This document shows positions 19,005 to 27,803 of a stretch of DNA of 40,095 bases, one piece after another. The stretch covers positions 1-40,095 of the forward strand of contig CAZGXZ010000001.1 of the NCBI GenBank assembly GCA_964530035.1, read 5' to 3'. Made by a program: the position numbers and the translations under genes. The notes beneath the pieces are model-generated. The model did not search any database, was not told where the DNA came from, and worked only from the letters and a program-made list of their open reading frames with translations. Numbering within the stretch: position 1 is the first letter of the stretch; each line of letters opens with the position of its first letter. Source of the DNA: an uncultured Methanoregulaceae archaeon (GTDB lineage Archaea > Halobacteriota > Methanomicrobia > Methanomicrobiales > Methanospirillaceae).

Positions 19005-19748
19005 TTATTTGTGAGCAGAACCCGCGGCCCCCATGATAACCGGCAGGGCGTGCAGGAACGCGGGGAGTGCCTCGGCAGGGATGCCGAGGACCATTTCTCC
19101 ATCAGCTATCCCGGAATATTTTCGTGAACCGTCGCATCCGAGGGAGAAGCAGGGTTTTCCGGTGAGGTAGGTCTGGGCGGTGGTGTCCGAGCAGACCGAC
19201 TGGATCCCCGAGAAGGTTGCGGTTATCCTTCCGCCGAGCTGGAAGAGATGCGTCTGAGCCAGCTTGAGCATGGCAAACGGTGAAGCAATGACCAGCACGA
19301 CATCCGGGTCGAAGGGGGTGGTCGCGAGCGGTGCATACACGGTTGCAAATGTTGAAGAGGTCTCTACATGGGGAACGTTTTCAATGGTCCGCTTGCAGGC
19401 CGCCCAGCTCTCGAACTTGCCGAGCTTGAAGTAGAACTCCCCTGACCGGAGGCTCTCCGTAATGGGTTTCAGCCCAAGGGACCATGCCCCGCCTGCACAC
19501 TGGTGCTTGTCGGCCGTTGCATAGAAGGTCTTTCCCTCTTTCCGTGCAAGTCCCACCATCATACAGTGCCTGACCGTCTCTTCAAGCGGTGGGATCCCCG
19601 CCGGGATGTCCTCTTTTGAACGGGCTAACCGGACGGCAACCGGTGAGCCGTCCAGGTGCAGTGACGTGATGAGGAGATCTGCTGCAGCACGATAATCGAT
19701 CTCGGTCCTAATCCTGTCTGCCATACGAACAACTCCACCTTCTTGCAC
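19005..19748 (-). CDS. DUF169-family protein (COG2043-like)
   Basis: The pattern SPVAVRLA....RHCMMVGLARKEGKTFYAT..KHQCAGGAWSLGL matches my memory of DUF169. An alternative start exists at 19724. Confidence 0.6.
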   Translation of the reverse strand: MQEGGVVRMADRIRTEIDYRAAADLLITSLHLDGSPVAVRLARSKEDIPAGIPPLEETVRHCMMVGLARKEGKTFYATADKHQCAGGAWSLGLKPITESLRSGEFYFKLGKFESWAACKRTIENVPHVETSSTFATVYAPLATTPFDPDVVLVIASPFAMLKLAQTHLFQLGGRITATFSGIQSVCSDTTAQTYLTGKPCFSLGCDGSRKYSGIADGEMVLGIPAEALPAFLHALPVIMGAAGSAHK

Positions 19749-19772
19749 ATCACCTTATCGGATGGCCCCTGT

Positions 19773-20579
19773 TCAGAGGTGCCGGAGTTTCCTGTTGACC
19801 TTTTCAAAGAAATTTTTTCCACAGTCGACAAAAAGTGCCGGGTCAGTTGCCTTTCTGACATCAATAAGGGCTTCGCTGCCAAGTTCGATGGTTTTCTGTC
19901 CGTCTATAACCAGTTTCGCGGGTTTTGCACTTTCGAGCCGGACTTTCACGGAACGGCTGCTGCTCAGAAGGTGCGGCCTCGATGAGAGCATAAACGGTGC
20001 GAGGGGCACGAGGAGAAACCCCTCGATCCTCGGGTCGACAATAGGGCCGCCTGCGCTCATCGCATACGCCGTTGAGCCGGTAGGGGTGCTGATGAGGAGC
20101 CCGTCCGCCCTGAACCGTTCGGCAGGGATCCCATCGATCAGAACCGAGAACCGGAGCATCTTGGACGGCCGCGTTGTAACGATGAGAGCCTCGTTCAGGG
20201 CGTCTCCGAGGTGTTCGCCATCGCGCATGAGGGTTATCCTCATTCGCTGCTCGACCTCGAACGGCACCGGTGGGCGGTTCAGGAACTCCACCGCCTCCGC
20301 GGGTTCGAGGTCCGCAAGGAAACCCACCTCCCCCCAGTTGATACCGAGCACCGGTATCTGGCTGCGCATGCGCTGCACGGCGAGAAGGATGGACCCGTCT
20401 CCTCCGATCACGATGGCAAGACCTGCATCGGATTCTGATACCGGGGTGGCCTTCAGTCCAAGGGCCCGCGCCGTTGAGGTATCGTACTGGACGCTGTAAC
20501 CGGAGCGCTGAAGGTCTTCTCCAAGTGAACCGGCGAAAGTGAGTGCCTTCCTGTCGTCTATACGCGAGATGATGATCAC
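19773..20579 (-). CDS. nadK: NAD kinase
   Basis: GGDGSILLA motif, NxGxxGFL-like [11 protein letters not shown] and [20 protein letters not shown] 19773..20645 is trimmed to the in-frame GTG at 20579, which gives MIIISRIDD and sits 8 nt after the upstream stop. The start is uncertain. Confidence 0.85.
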   Translation of the reverse strand: MIIISRIDDRKALTFAGSLGEDLQRSGYSVQYDTSTARALGLKATPVSESDAGLAIVIGGDGSILLAVQRMRSQIPVLGINWGEVGFLADLEPAEAVEFLNRPPVPFEVEQRMRITLMRDGEHLGDALNEALIVTTRPSKMLRFSVLIDGIPAERFRADGLLISTPTGSTAYAMSAGGPIVDPRIEGFLLVPLAPFMLSSRPHLLSSSRSVKVRLESAKPAKLVIDGQKTIELGSEALIDVRKATDPALFVDCGKNFFEKVNRKLRHL

Positions 20580-20587
20580 GCGTTCTG

Positions 20588-21370
20588 TTATCGCAGGTAT
20601 TCTATCACCTTCCTGTGCATCACGCCATTCGTCGCGACAAGGCACCGGCCCTGCGAAACATCTTCAGGGAATAAAAGGGGAAGTCCGTCAAGGTCGGAAA
20701 CCGTCCCGCCTGCCTCGGTGCATATGAGCATCCCGGCTAATGCGTCGGTGACCCGGAGAGTCCCTCTTAGGTCAATGAACCCGTCAATCCGGCCGGCACC
20801 GATGTACGAGAGTTCCAGGGCGGATGCCCCGAGGAGCCTCCACCGCCGTATCTTGTGGCACAGGTGGGCCACCCGGGTCATGTCAAACTTCCTCCCATAG
20901 ATGCTCATGGCGCTCTTGTCCAGCTGCCGGGTGCCCGACACGCGGATAGGAAGGCCGTTCTGAAATGCTCCATGGTCCCGTATCGCCGAAAATGTCTCGC
21001 CATTTGAGAGGTTACGGACAAAACCCTCTGATACCTCGCCGTTCACTGCATAGGCAAAAGAAATGGCATAAAACGGGATACCTGCAATGGCGTTATATGT
21101 ACCGTCGATCGGGTCGAGAAAGATAGTCCCTTCATCGCCGTCCAGGTCCCGTGAGCCGAGCTCCTCGCTGATGAGGCGTGAACAGAGCGGGTGCTCCTCG
21201 AGGAATTCCACGACACAGTCCTCTGCCACCTGGTCGATCCGCTTTGTCGGAGTACCATCGGCCCCGGCTGCGACGATCTCGTCACCCTCGGGTGTGGCAA
21301 CAAGCGGAGAGACTGCTTCGAGGACATTCCTTGCCATCTGGTCGCATGCGGTGAGAAATTCCATGATCAT
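20588..21370 (-). CDS. suhB: Inositol monophosphatase / fructose-1,6-bisphosphatase family phosphatase (possible NADP phosphatase)
   Basis: IMPase motifs [10 protein letters not shown] and the [11 protein letters not shown].. region; 260 aa. Confidence 0.85.
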   Translation of the reverse strand: MIMEFLTACDQMARNVLEAVSPLVATPEGDEIVAAGADGTPTKRIDQVAEDCVVEFLEEHPLCSRLISEELGSRDLDGDEGTIFLDPIDGTYNAIAGIPFYAISFAYAVNGEVSEGFVRNLSNGETFSAIRDHGAFQNGLPIRVSGTRQLDKSAMSIYGRKFDMTRVAHLCHKIRRWRLLGASALELSYIGAGRIDGFIDLRGTLRVTDALAGMLICTEAGGTVSDLDGLPLLFPEDVSQGRCLVATNGVMHRKVIEYLR

Positions 21371-21462
21371 CGGCAGCCTGGCTGTGAGCAGGCTGTACGG
21401 TGTATTTATGTAAGGTTATCGAGATACATTATTACTGCGTTCCTGTTCGAGGAGTATATGCA

Positions 21463-21840
21463 ATGAAGGAGCAGACGGAAATAGGAAAATTAAAAGAAGG
21501 CCGTTACATGATCATCGATGACGAGCCATGCAAGATCCTTGGAATAGCGACTTCCAAGCCGGGCAAACATGGTGCAGCCAAGGCACGTATCGATGCGGTC
21601 GGTATTTTCGACAATGTCAAGCGGTCCATCGTGCAGCCGGTTTCGGCGAAGGTGTACTCCCCGATCGTGGAGAGAAAGCAGGGGCAGGTCATCTCCATTG
21701 CCGGGACCGTTGCCCAGATGATGGACATGAAGGAGTTCACCAACTTCGAACTGGAGATACCTCCTGAAAAGGCAGGGGAAATCCTTGTCGGAAGCGAAGT
21801 AACCTATATTGAATCTCTCGGAAAGCGAAAATTCGACTAA
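21463..21840 (+). CDS. Translation initiation factor 5A (aIF5A)
   Basis: Hypusine loop TSKPGKHGAAKA and 125 aa. ORF 21400..21840 is trimmed to the ATG at 21463. A T-run follows the stop. Confidence 0.9.
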   Translation: MKEQTEIGKLKEGRYMIIDDEPCKILGIATSKPGKHGAAKARIDAVGIFDNVKRSIVQPVSAKVYSPIVERKQGQVISIAGTVAQMMDMKEFTNFELEIPPEKAGEILVGSEVTYIESLGKRKFD

Positions 21841-21958
21841 CCTTTTTTATAAAAGCCCTGGACAGCAGGAAAGAGGTCAGCCCAATCCGTACCGGACCCT
21901 GTCGCGGGCTATTGAAAAGCGAATCCTGGATTCATAGCTGACCCCTGGATATTCAGGT

Positions 21959-22696
21959 TCAGGTACCAATGTATTTTTCCGGGACCTTGACCATGACGGC
22001 ATACCCGCTCAGGGACTGGGCGGTAATGACAAAGTAATAGTCCCCGCTTCCTTCATAGAACTTCTCGACCCATACCGGAGTTATTGCCTTATTGTCCTGG
22101 TCTTTCCAGAGTGTAGTGTCAAGACCGCCCTCGGGTGTGATCTTCCTCAGCGGTTGTCCTGGATTTTTTACATCGTATACATCTATTTCAAAGAACGGGA
22201 ACCTGCTCGAGGCAGTCACGATCCCCTCGGAGGGATCCTTCGTCCCAGGTTCGATTCCTCCTGAAGGCGAACTGACCAACGGCTTCACCGTATAATGGAT
22301 CTCCCAGTAGGGGTACGGCATGTGGAACGTATCAGAAGTACCCCCGTACTGGCCCTGGATCGAGACATACGTCGCCATTTTTGCGGGAACCGTGACATAT
22401 TTTTCAGGGTACGGGCGTTGGGGGGATGAATAACCCGTCTGGTTTGCCAGCCCGAGGCTGCCCGGCTGCCCGCTCCAGGTGGGTGGAAGAGTAGTCGGTA
22501 TGGAGGTAGGTGCCGGAGAAGGTTTCGCGGTTTCCGGTGGCAGTGTCGTTGGCACTGGCGTAGGTGTAGGCTGCGGCGACAGGAACGGGATGCCGAGGTC
22601 GGCCTGCTTTCCCGTCAGCATCGGCTTGAAGATAACGGCCACGACAAGGATGACGACAAGGGCACCGACGAGAATCAGCGCTTCGCGCTTTTCCAT
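21959..22696 (-). CDS. Hypothetical signal-anchored extracellular protein with a Pro/Thr-rich linker
   Basis: ORF 21959..22981 is trimmed to the ATG at 22696 (MEKREALILVGALVVILVVAVIF = N-terminal TM), with an alternative at 22714. A PTPTPVPTTLPPETAKPSPAPTSIPTTLPP linker is followed by a ~170-aa beta-rich domain with no recognised motif. Confidence 0.6.
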   Translation of the reverse strand: MEKREALILVGALVVILVVAVIFKPMLTGKQADLGIPFLSPQPTPTPVPTTLPPETAKPSPAPTSIPTTLPPTWSGQPGSLGLANQTGYSSPQRPYPEKYVTVPAKMATYVSIQGQYGGTSDTFHMPYPYWEIHYTVKPLVSSPSGGIEPGTKDPSEGIVTASSRFPFFEIDVYDVKNPGQPLRKITPEGGLDTTLWKDQDNKAITPVWVEKFYEGSGDYYFVITAQSLSGYAVMVKVPEKYIGT

Positions 22697-22778
22697 CGTA
22701 GAAGTGCTTGGCATGCATGGCAGATGAGTATTATGGTAACCGCAGCGGGAACGGTCAGGGAGAGTGACCCGGCATACC

Positions 22779-22788
22779 TTATATATAT
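22779..22788. promoter_or_regulatory. Palindromic TATA-like element in the divergent intergenic region
   Basis: TTATATATAT lies between the divergently oriented starts at 22696 (-) and 22859 (+). The assignment as a shared or bidirectional TATA box is inference only. Confidence 0.3.
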
Positions 22789-22858
22789 CCTTATTATCTT
22801 CAGAGAGCCAGTTGTACAAGCGTTTCATATCAGAACCAATACAGACGGAGAAGATTGA

Positions 22859-23737
22859 ATGGGTGAGGATTCTACGCAAAAGAGCCAGAACTGTGACCAG
22901 AAATGCGAAAGCTGCCCCTCGGCTGCGGGTTGTTCCGATGCCAAAAAAATGCCGGAAAAAGCTTTGATCAATGTCCGGCATGTCATCCTGGTACTCAGTG
23001 GCAAGGGAGGGGTTGGAAAATCGACGGTATCCGTGAACCTAGCATTTGCCTTTGCATCCCGCGGTTTCAGGACGGGGATTGTCGACCTCGACATCCATGG
23101 CCCGAACGTCGCCAAGATGCTTGGCATCGAAGGCCACCAGCTGACTGCAACAGGCGATAAAATCGAGCCAATACGGATAACGGGGAATCTTGCGGCCATT
23201 TCAATGGCGTTCCTCCTGCCAAAACCTGAGACCCCGGTTATCTGGAGGGGCCCGATGAAAATGGCGGTCATCCAGCAGTTTCTCCAGGATGTCAACTGGG
23301 GCGACCTTGATTACCTCGTCGTCGACCTCCCGCCAGGGACGGGTGACGAGGCATTGTCGATAATCCAGCTGGCACCCCAGGTACGGGGTGCGGTGATCGT
23401 CACGACCCCCCAGGACGTGGCGACCCTTGATTCCCGCAAGGCGATTACATTCATGGAAAAACTCGACATCCCTGTAATCGGTGTCGTGGAAAACATGAGC
23501 GGCATGTCCTGTCCTCACTGTGGAGGGGAGATTGACCTTTTTGGAAAAGGCGGGGGCGAAAAGGTGGCAAAGGAGATGAATGTACCCTTCCTCGGGAGCA
23601 TCCCCGTCGACCCTGAAATGAGAAAGGCCGGGGATGAGGGGAGGCCGTTTCTCATCAGGAAAGCTGAACAGTCACCCTCCTGGGAAAGTGTCAACAGGAT
23701 AATGGAGGCCCTGGTCAGGGTGGTCGAGAAGGAATGA
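22859..23737 (+). CDS. mrp: Mrp/NBP35/ApbC-family P-loop ATPase (Fe-S cluster carrier)
   Basis: Deviant Walker A SGKGGVGKST, conserved CPHCG motif, and an N-terminal Cys-rich segment CDQKCESCPSAAGC. Confidence 0.9.
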   Translation: MGEDSTQKSQNCDQKCESCPSAAGCSDAKKMPEKALINVRHVILVLSGKGGVGKSTVSVNLAFAFASRGFRTGIVDLDIHGPNVAKMLGIEGHQLTATGDKIEPIRITGNLAAISMAFLLPKPETPVIWRGPMKMAVIQQFLQDVNWGDLDYLVVDLPPGTGDEALSIIQLAPQVRGAVIVTTPQDVATLDSRKAITFMEKLDIPVIGVVENMSGMSCPHCGGEIDLFGKGGGEKVAKEMNVPFLGSIPVDPEMRKAGDEGRPFLIRKAEQSPSWESVNRIMEALVRVVEKE

Positions 23738-24045
23738 ACTATCGTTCAATCCTCTGCGGCAACGCCGAACCGCTTCCTATTTATGACAGGATAGTACCAT
23801 GCCTTGAGGACATCGTGAGTTTTCCTCTCCTCCTCGAAGACCTCTACCGGGAAGCTTCAACATTTGACGACCCGACCCTTGACAGGCTCCGTTTTGCCCT
23901 CGTGCGGGTCCAGGTGTATGCCGATATCCACCATACCGAGGACCTTGAAAGGGCCCAGAAGATGAAATATGTCAGCCAGGTCCTTGAAAGAATTATTTTC
24001 GGGTCGCTCCTCCTGGAACGTGACGAAGGCCTCCCCCAGGAATAA
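23734..24045 (+). CDS. Hypothetical 103-aa protein, translationally coupled to mrp
   Basis: ATGA start/stop overlap with mrp. It is acidic and predicted helical, with no recognised motif. Confidence 0.5.
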   Translation: MNYRSILCGNAEPLPIYDRIVPCLEDIVSFPLLLEDLYREASTFDDPTLDRLRFALVRVQVYADIHHTEDLERAQKMKYVSQVLERIIFGSLLLERDEGLPQE

Positions 24046-24127
24046 TCTCACCCGGCAATCCCCTCTTATTTTCCATGAACGGGAAAAAGCGGCTTTCCGT
24101 GGAAAAGATGTTATTCAGCCACATTAT

Positions 24128-24149
24128 TGCCTGAATTAGTGTTCAGGCA
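24128..24149 (+). terminator. Hairpin followed by a T-rich tract between the 103-aa ORF and the wHTH-PAS gene
   Basis: Perfect 8-bp stem TGCCTGAA/TTCAGGCA with loop TTAGTG, followed by CTTTTCC. A role as terminator or operator is inferred. Confidence 0.25.
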
Positions 24150-24243
24150 CTTTTCCTCATCCTGTTGTTCCGGTTATTCCTGTTGGGTTTCACCCGCCAG
24201 GGAGCAAATGCTTATTAATTGGTCAGACGATGGGGGATGTAGG

Positions 24244-26073
24244 ATGATCCTCGACCAGGACAAGATCGAGAGGATAAAAAAGCTCCTGAAATTCCACACA
24301 AGGGGCCTGACAATCTCTGAGATATCGCTTAAACTGAAAATAAACCGAAATTCAGTGGCTAAATATCTTGAGATCCTCTTTATAACCGGCCAGGTCACCG
24401 TGAGCCATTTCGGGACTGCCAAGGTCTATTCTCTTACCCAGAGGGTTCCAATATCAGAAATGCTGCGTTTTTCTTCTGATTTCGTCATCATCATCGACGC
24501 TGACAACAGGATATTGGAAATGAACGAAAACTGTGCCCGCTTCTTTTCGCTTCAGCGTGACGAGATTATCGGGAGGGAGAGTTCAAATACCGGTGACGCC
24601 CGGTTCAACGCGTTCATTGCCGACTGTATCCTGAAACACCCTGACCCTCAGACTGAATCGGCGTTCGAGATACCGGCAACCTCGCAGGGCAAGGACATCG
24701 TCTTCAGGTGCAGGGCAGTGCCGACTGTTTTCGAGGACGGCAATGCAGGGCGGATGTTCATTCTTGAGGATATTACCGCCCAGAAGGAGTATGAACTGCG
24801 TCTGAAGGAGAGTGAGGCAAAATACCGGGCGATTGTCGAGGACCAGACCGAACTGATCTGCCGCTGGAGACCTGACGGTACGATTACCTATGTGAACGAG
24901 GCGTTCAACCGCTATTTTGGAAAAGAGAGAGATTTTTTCATTGGAAAGGTGTTCATGCCCCTGATATCCCGTGAAGGGAGGACGATTGCCCCGGGCCAGA
25001 CATCACCGCAAGGGAGGATGGTCGTCACCTATGAACACCGTGTGCTCACTCCGAACGGGGTTATCCGGTGGCAGCAATGGGTTGACCGTGCCGTCACACT
25101 CGAAGACGGGACCATCGTCGAGTACCAGTCGGTTGGTCGTGATATCACTGACCAGAAACGGTTTGAAGGCAAGATACGGGAGTATGTATTTGGGATGGAA
25201 TACCTCGCACAGGCTGCGATGCGGCTGCATTCTGCAGGCTGCGATGAGGATATCTATTCCCTGGTGGCCCACGGGGTCAAGGGCTTCGTCCCGGACGCCA
25301 GGGTACAGGTGTATTCATATGAGCACAGGACCGGTGCTCTGAAACTGAGGGCCGTGGAAGGATTTCCGAACGGAACCAAGAGTACCCCTGCCGGGAGTCC
25401 TGAGATCCCCGTTGCGACCCCCGGGGAAATCCTGTCATGGCAGCACCTTCGACTCATGGATTCCCCGCAGATTTCTCCCACACCATCTGCCGGTGATAGT
25501 AATGACCCGGTTCCTGAAGATGCACGGACCACGTATTCAATTGGCCTTTCCTGGAACCAGAAACCATTCGGCCTTGTCTGTATCCACCAGCCCTCCCGGG
25601 CACCCATCCAGAATGATAGCATCATAGAAACGTACATCCGGCTGGTGTCGGTGTCATTAGCCCGGCGCAGTTCTGAGTGGGAACTCCAGAAAAGCAAGGA
25701 ACTGTTCAAGAATACTGCCGCGCTTTCTCAGTGTGCCATCTCGCTCCTGACGCCGGAAGGGAATTTTGTGTATGTCAACCAGCGTTTCAAGGATCTTTTT
25801 GGATTTTCTGTAGAGGAGATCGGAGATACCGGACGGTGGTCCGAGAGGGTGTATCCCGATCCCGAATACCGCCTCATGGTCGATACCCAGTGGAGGGACG
25901 ACCATAAGGGTATTCATGCCGGGCCTGTACGGTCACGCCTGTATACCGTAACCTCGAGGGACGGTCAGACACATCAGATCCTGTTCAGGCCGATAGTGAT
26001 GAGTGATGGAAGCGAGTTCATCATGTACGAAGAACAGACCCACGCTGAACAATCATTTTCAAACCACCAATAA
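24244..26073 (+). CDS. One-component regulator: N-terminal winged-HTH, two PAS domains, a GAF-like domain and a C-terminal PAS domain. No kinase domain.
   Basis: ORF 24127..26073 is trimmed to the ATG at 24244. wHTH region LTISEISLKLKINRNSVAKYLEILFITGQV. PAS S-box repeats YRAIVEDQTELICRW.. and LFKNTAALSQCAISLL... No H-box or ATPase motifs. Confidence 0.75.
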   Translation: MILDQDKIERIKKLLKFHTRGLTISEISLKLKINRNSVAKYLEILFITGQVTVSHFGTAKVYSLTQRVPISEMLRFSSDFVIIIDADNRILEMNENCARFFSLQRDEIIGRESSNTGDARFNAFIADCILKHPDPQTESAFEIPATSQGKDIVFRCRAVPTVFEDGNAGRMFILEDITAQKEYELRLKESEAKYRAIVEDQTELICRWRPDGTITYVNEAFNRYFGKERDFFIGKVFMPLISREGRTIAPGQTSPQGRMVVTYEHRVLTPNGVIRWQQWVDRAVTLEDGTIVEYQSVGRDITDQKRFEGKIREYVFGMEYLAQAAMRLHSAGCDEDIYSLVAHGVKGFVPDARVQVYSYEHRTGALKLRAVEGFPNGTKSTPAGSPEIPVATPGEILSWQHLRLMDSPQISPTPSAGDSNDPVPEDARTTYSIGLSWNQKPFGLVCIHQPSRAPIQNDSIIETYIRLVSVSLARRSSEWELQKSKELFKNTAALSQCAISLLTPEGNFVYVNQRFKDLFGFSVEEIGDTGRWSERVYPDPEYRLMVDTQWRDDHKGIHAGPVRSRLYTVTSRDGQTHQILFRPIVMSDGSEFIMYEEQTHAEQSFSNHQ

Positions 26074-26176
26074 CCAGTAAATCCACGGTTTTTCAGAACC
26101 CGCGGGGACATGCCCGGCCAGTTATCACGTGGGTGAACCATGACGGGCACCCGGCACCCGGGAGAGGTCCGGTCTC

Positions 26177-27751
26177 ATGTACGGCGGATATTTTGCCAAC
26201 GAAGTCGACCTTCTATATCTGAATCTCATGGAAGATACGAAACGTCACCTCTTCATTGCCGGTATGCCTGATGTGCCCGGAGCCCTTGAACGGGCGGCCG
26301 CCATCATCTCCGGAGAATCAGGAAACATCAACCGGCTCCATTTCGACAGGAAAATCGACCCGACAACTGTTTTTTTTGAGGTCACGGCAACGGACGAGGC
26401 ATACGAGCGGATAATGAAGGCACTTGACGCAATCGGGTACCTCCGGACTTCACTCCCGCCCGTCCTGTCGCTGAAGTTTGTCCTGACCCTTCCAAACCGC
26501 CCGGGTGCACTCCTCGAGCTGCTGCGGGGCATTACGGCGCGTCAGGCAAATGTCGCACGGATAGAGTACGATGACCGGGCCAAACAACCGGAGCGTCTCC
26601 TCCTCACCCTCACCCTCGAGGACAGTGATCTCATCGACACCCTCATGCAGGACCTCCAGACCCGGTATCCCATCGAGATTATCGAATCAGACCGTACTGG
26701 CCGGAACCTTGACGATACCGTGTTTTATCTGACATTCGCCCAGGAGATCAGGAACCTTATCGGGGATACTGAGGACGAGGTCCTGATGCAGATCCTGGGA
26801 GAGGTGAACCACATCGTCCAGGACCTGACGGCAAAGGGGCGCGATGCCCGTGAAGTCTTCAACAACGTCCTCAAGGTTGGAAAATCGCTCCGTTCCACCT
26901 CGAAGGACAATTTCTACGCAGACGTACAGGTCATACCCTTTGACGGGGAAGGCACGGTCTATTGCTTCCAGCCACCATGCGGAGGCAACGTATTTCTCAT
27001 CGATACTCCGGGTGAGTGCGTCATGGTCGATACAGCTTATGGAATATACCACGAGGCGATGCGGGACCTCATGGAATCATTCTGCCCGGGATACCGTTCC
27101 CGGCTCTCGCGGATTGTCCTGACCCATGCCGATGCCGACCACTGCGGAGCGGCAGGCTACTATGGACCGCCCTGTCTGACTCACCCGGGAACGATCCGCA
27201 TCATCGAAGAGGACAACAGGGCGTTCGGGTCAGTATCGGAGGACCAGGTTGCCGAATGGATCTATACCAAGATTATCAATCTTTTTTCCGGGTTCATGCC
27301 CCCGAGATGTGGCCAGGCCGTTTCCCTTGGGGATACTCCAATCGGGAGTATGGGTGCATTCAGGGTTATAGGATCCCTTCAGGTGGGACAGTACGATTTT
27401 TCGATCCTGGAAAGTCACGGGGGTCATATTCACGGAATGATCTACCTGGTGTCTCCCGAGACCGGGATCATCTTTGCATCGGACACGATTCTCAACCTGG
27501 CATATATTTCACCTGAAAGAACCGATTACAACCTCCTTGCGGTTTTTCTCGTTTCAGGAGTGAATGTGGACCCGGATATGTGCCGCAGGGAGCGCCAGCA
27601 GTTGATGAGCCTTGCGCAGGAGATTGAAAACAACCTTCCGCATGGTAAAAAGTGTATGATATGCGGAGGTCACGGGCCGGTTTCAGTGATGTCCGGAAGA
27701 GACCTTGTCCCTTGGTGTGGATGCACCCGCTACACGAAGGGTGGCTCCTGA
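26177..27751 (+). CDS. Fusion of two ACT-like domains with a metallo-beta-lactamase-fold domain and a C-terminal Cys cluster
   Basis: ACT-like segments LFIAGMPDVPGALERAAAII and FVLTLPNRPGALLELLRGI. MBL core FLIDTPGE...VLTHADADHCG, with HADADH at 27125-27142. The C-terminus is CMICGGHG...WCGC. An alternative start exists at 26228. Confidence 0.7.
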   Translation: MYGGYFANEVDLLYLNLMEDTKRHLFIAGMPDVPGALERAAAIISGESGNINRLHFDRKIDPTTVFFEVTATDEAYERIMKALDAIGYLRTSLPPVLSLKFVLTLPNRPGALLELLRGITARQANVARIEYDDRAKQPERLLLTLTLEDSDLIDTLMQDLQTRYPIEIIESDRTGRNLDDTVFYLTFAQEIRNLIGDTEDEVLMQILGEVNHIVQDLTAKGRDAREVFNNVLKVGKSLRSTSKDNFYADVQVIPFDGEGTVYCFQPPCGGNVFLIDTPGECVMVDTAYGIYHEAMRDLMESFCPGYRSRLSRIVLTHADADHCGAAGYYGPPCLTHPGTIRIIEEDNRAFGSVSEDQVAEWIYTKIINLFSGFMPPRCGQAVSLGDTPIGSMGAFRVIGSLQVGQYDFSILESHGGHIHGMIYLVSPETGIIFASDTILNLAYISPERTDYNLLAVFLVSGVNVDPDMCRRERQQLMSLAQEIENNLPHGKKCMICGGHGPVSVMSGRDLVPWCGCTRYTKGGS

Positions 27752-27803
27752 AGCGCGGCCCTGCATCATTATCAGATAAAACACCGTTCCTGGAGGGAAC
27801 TGA

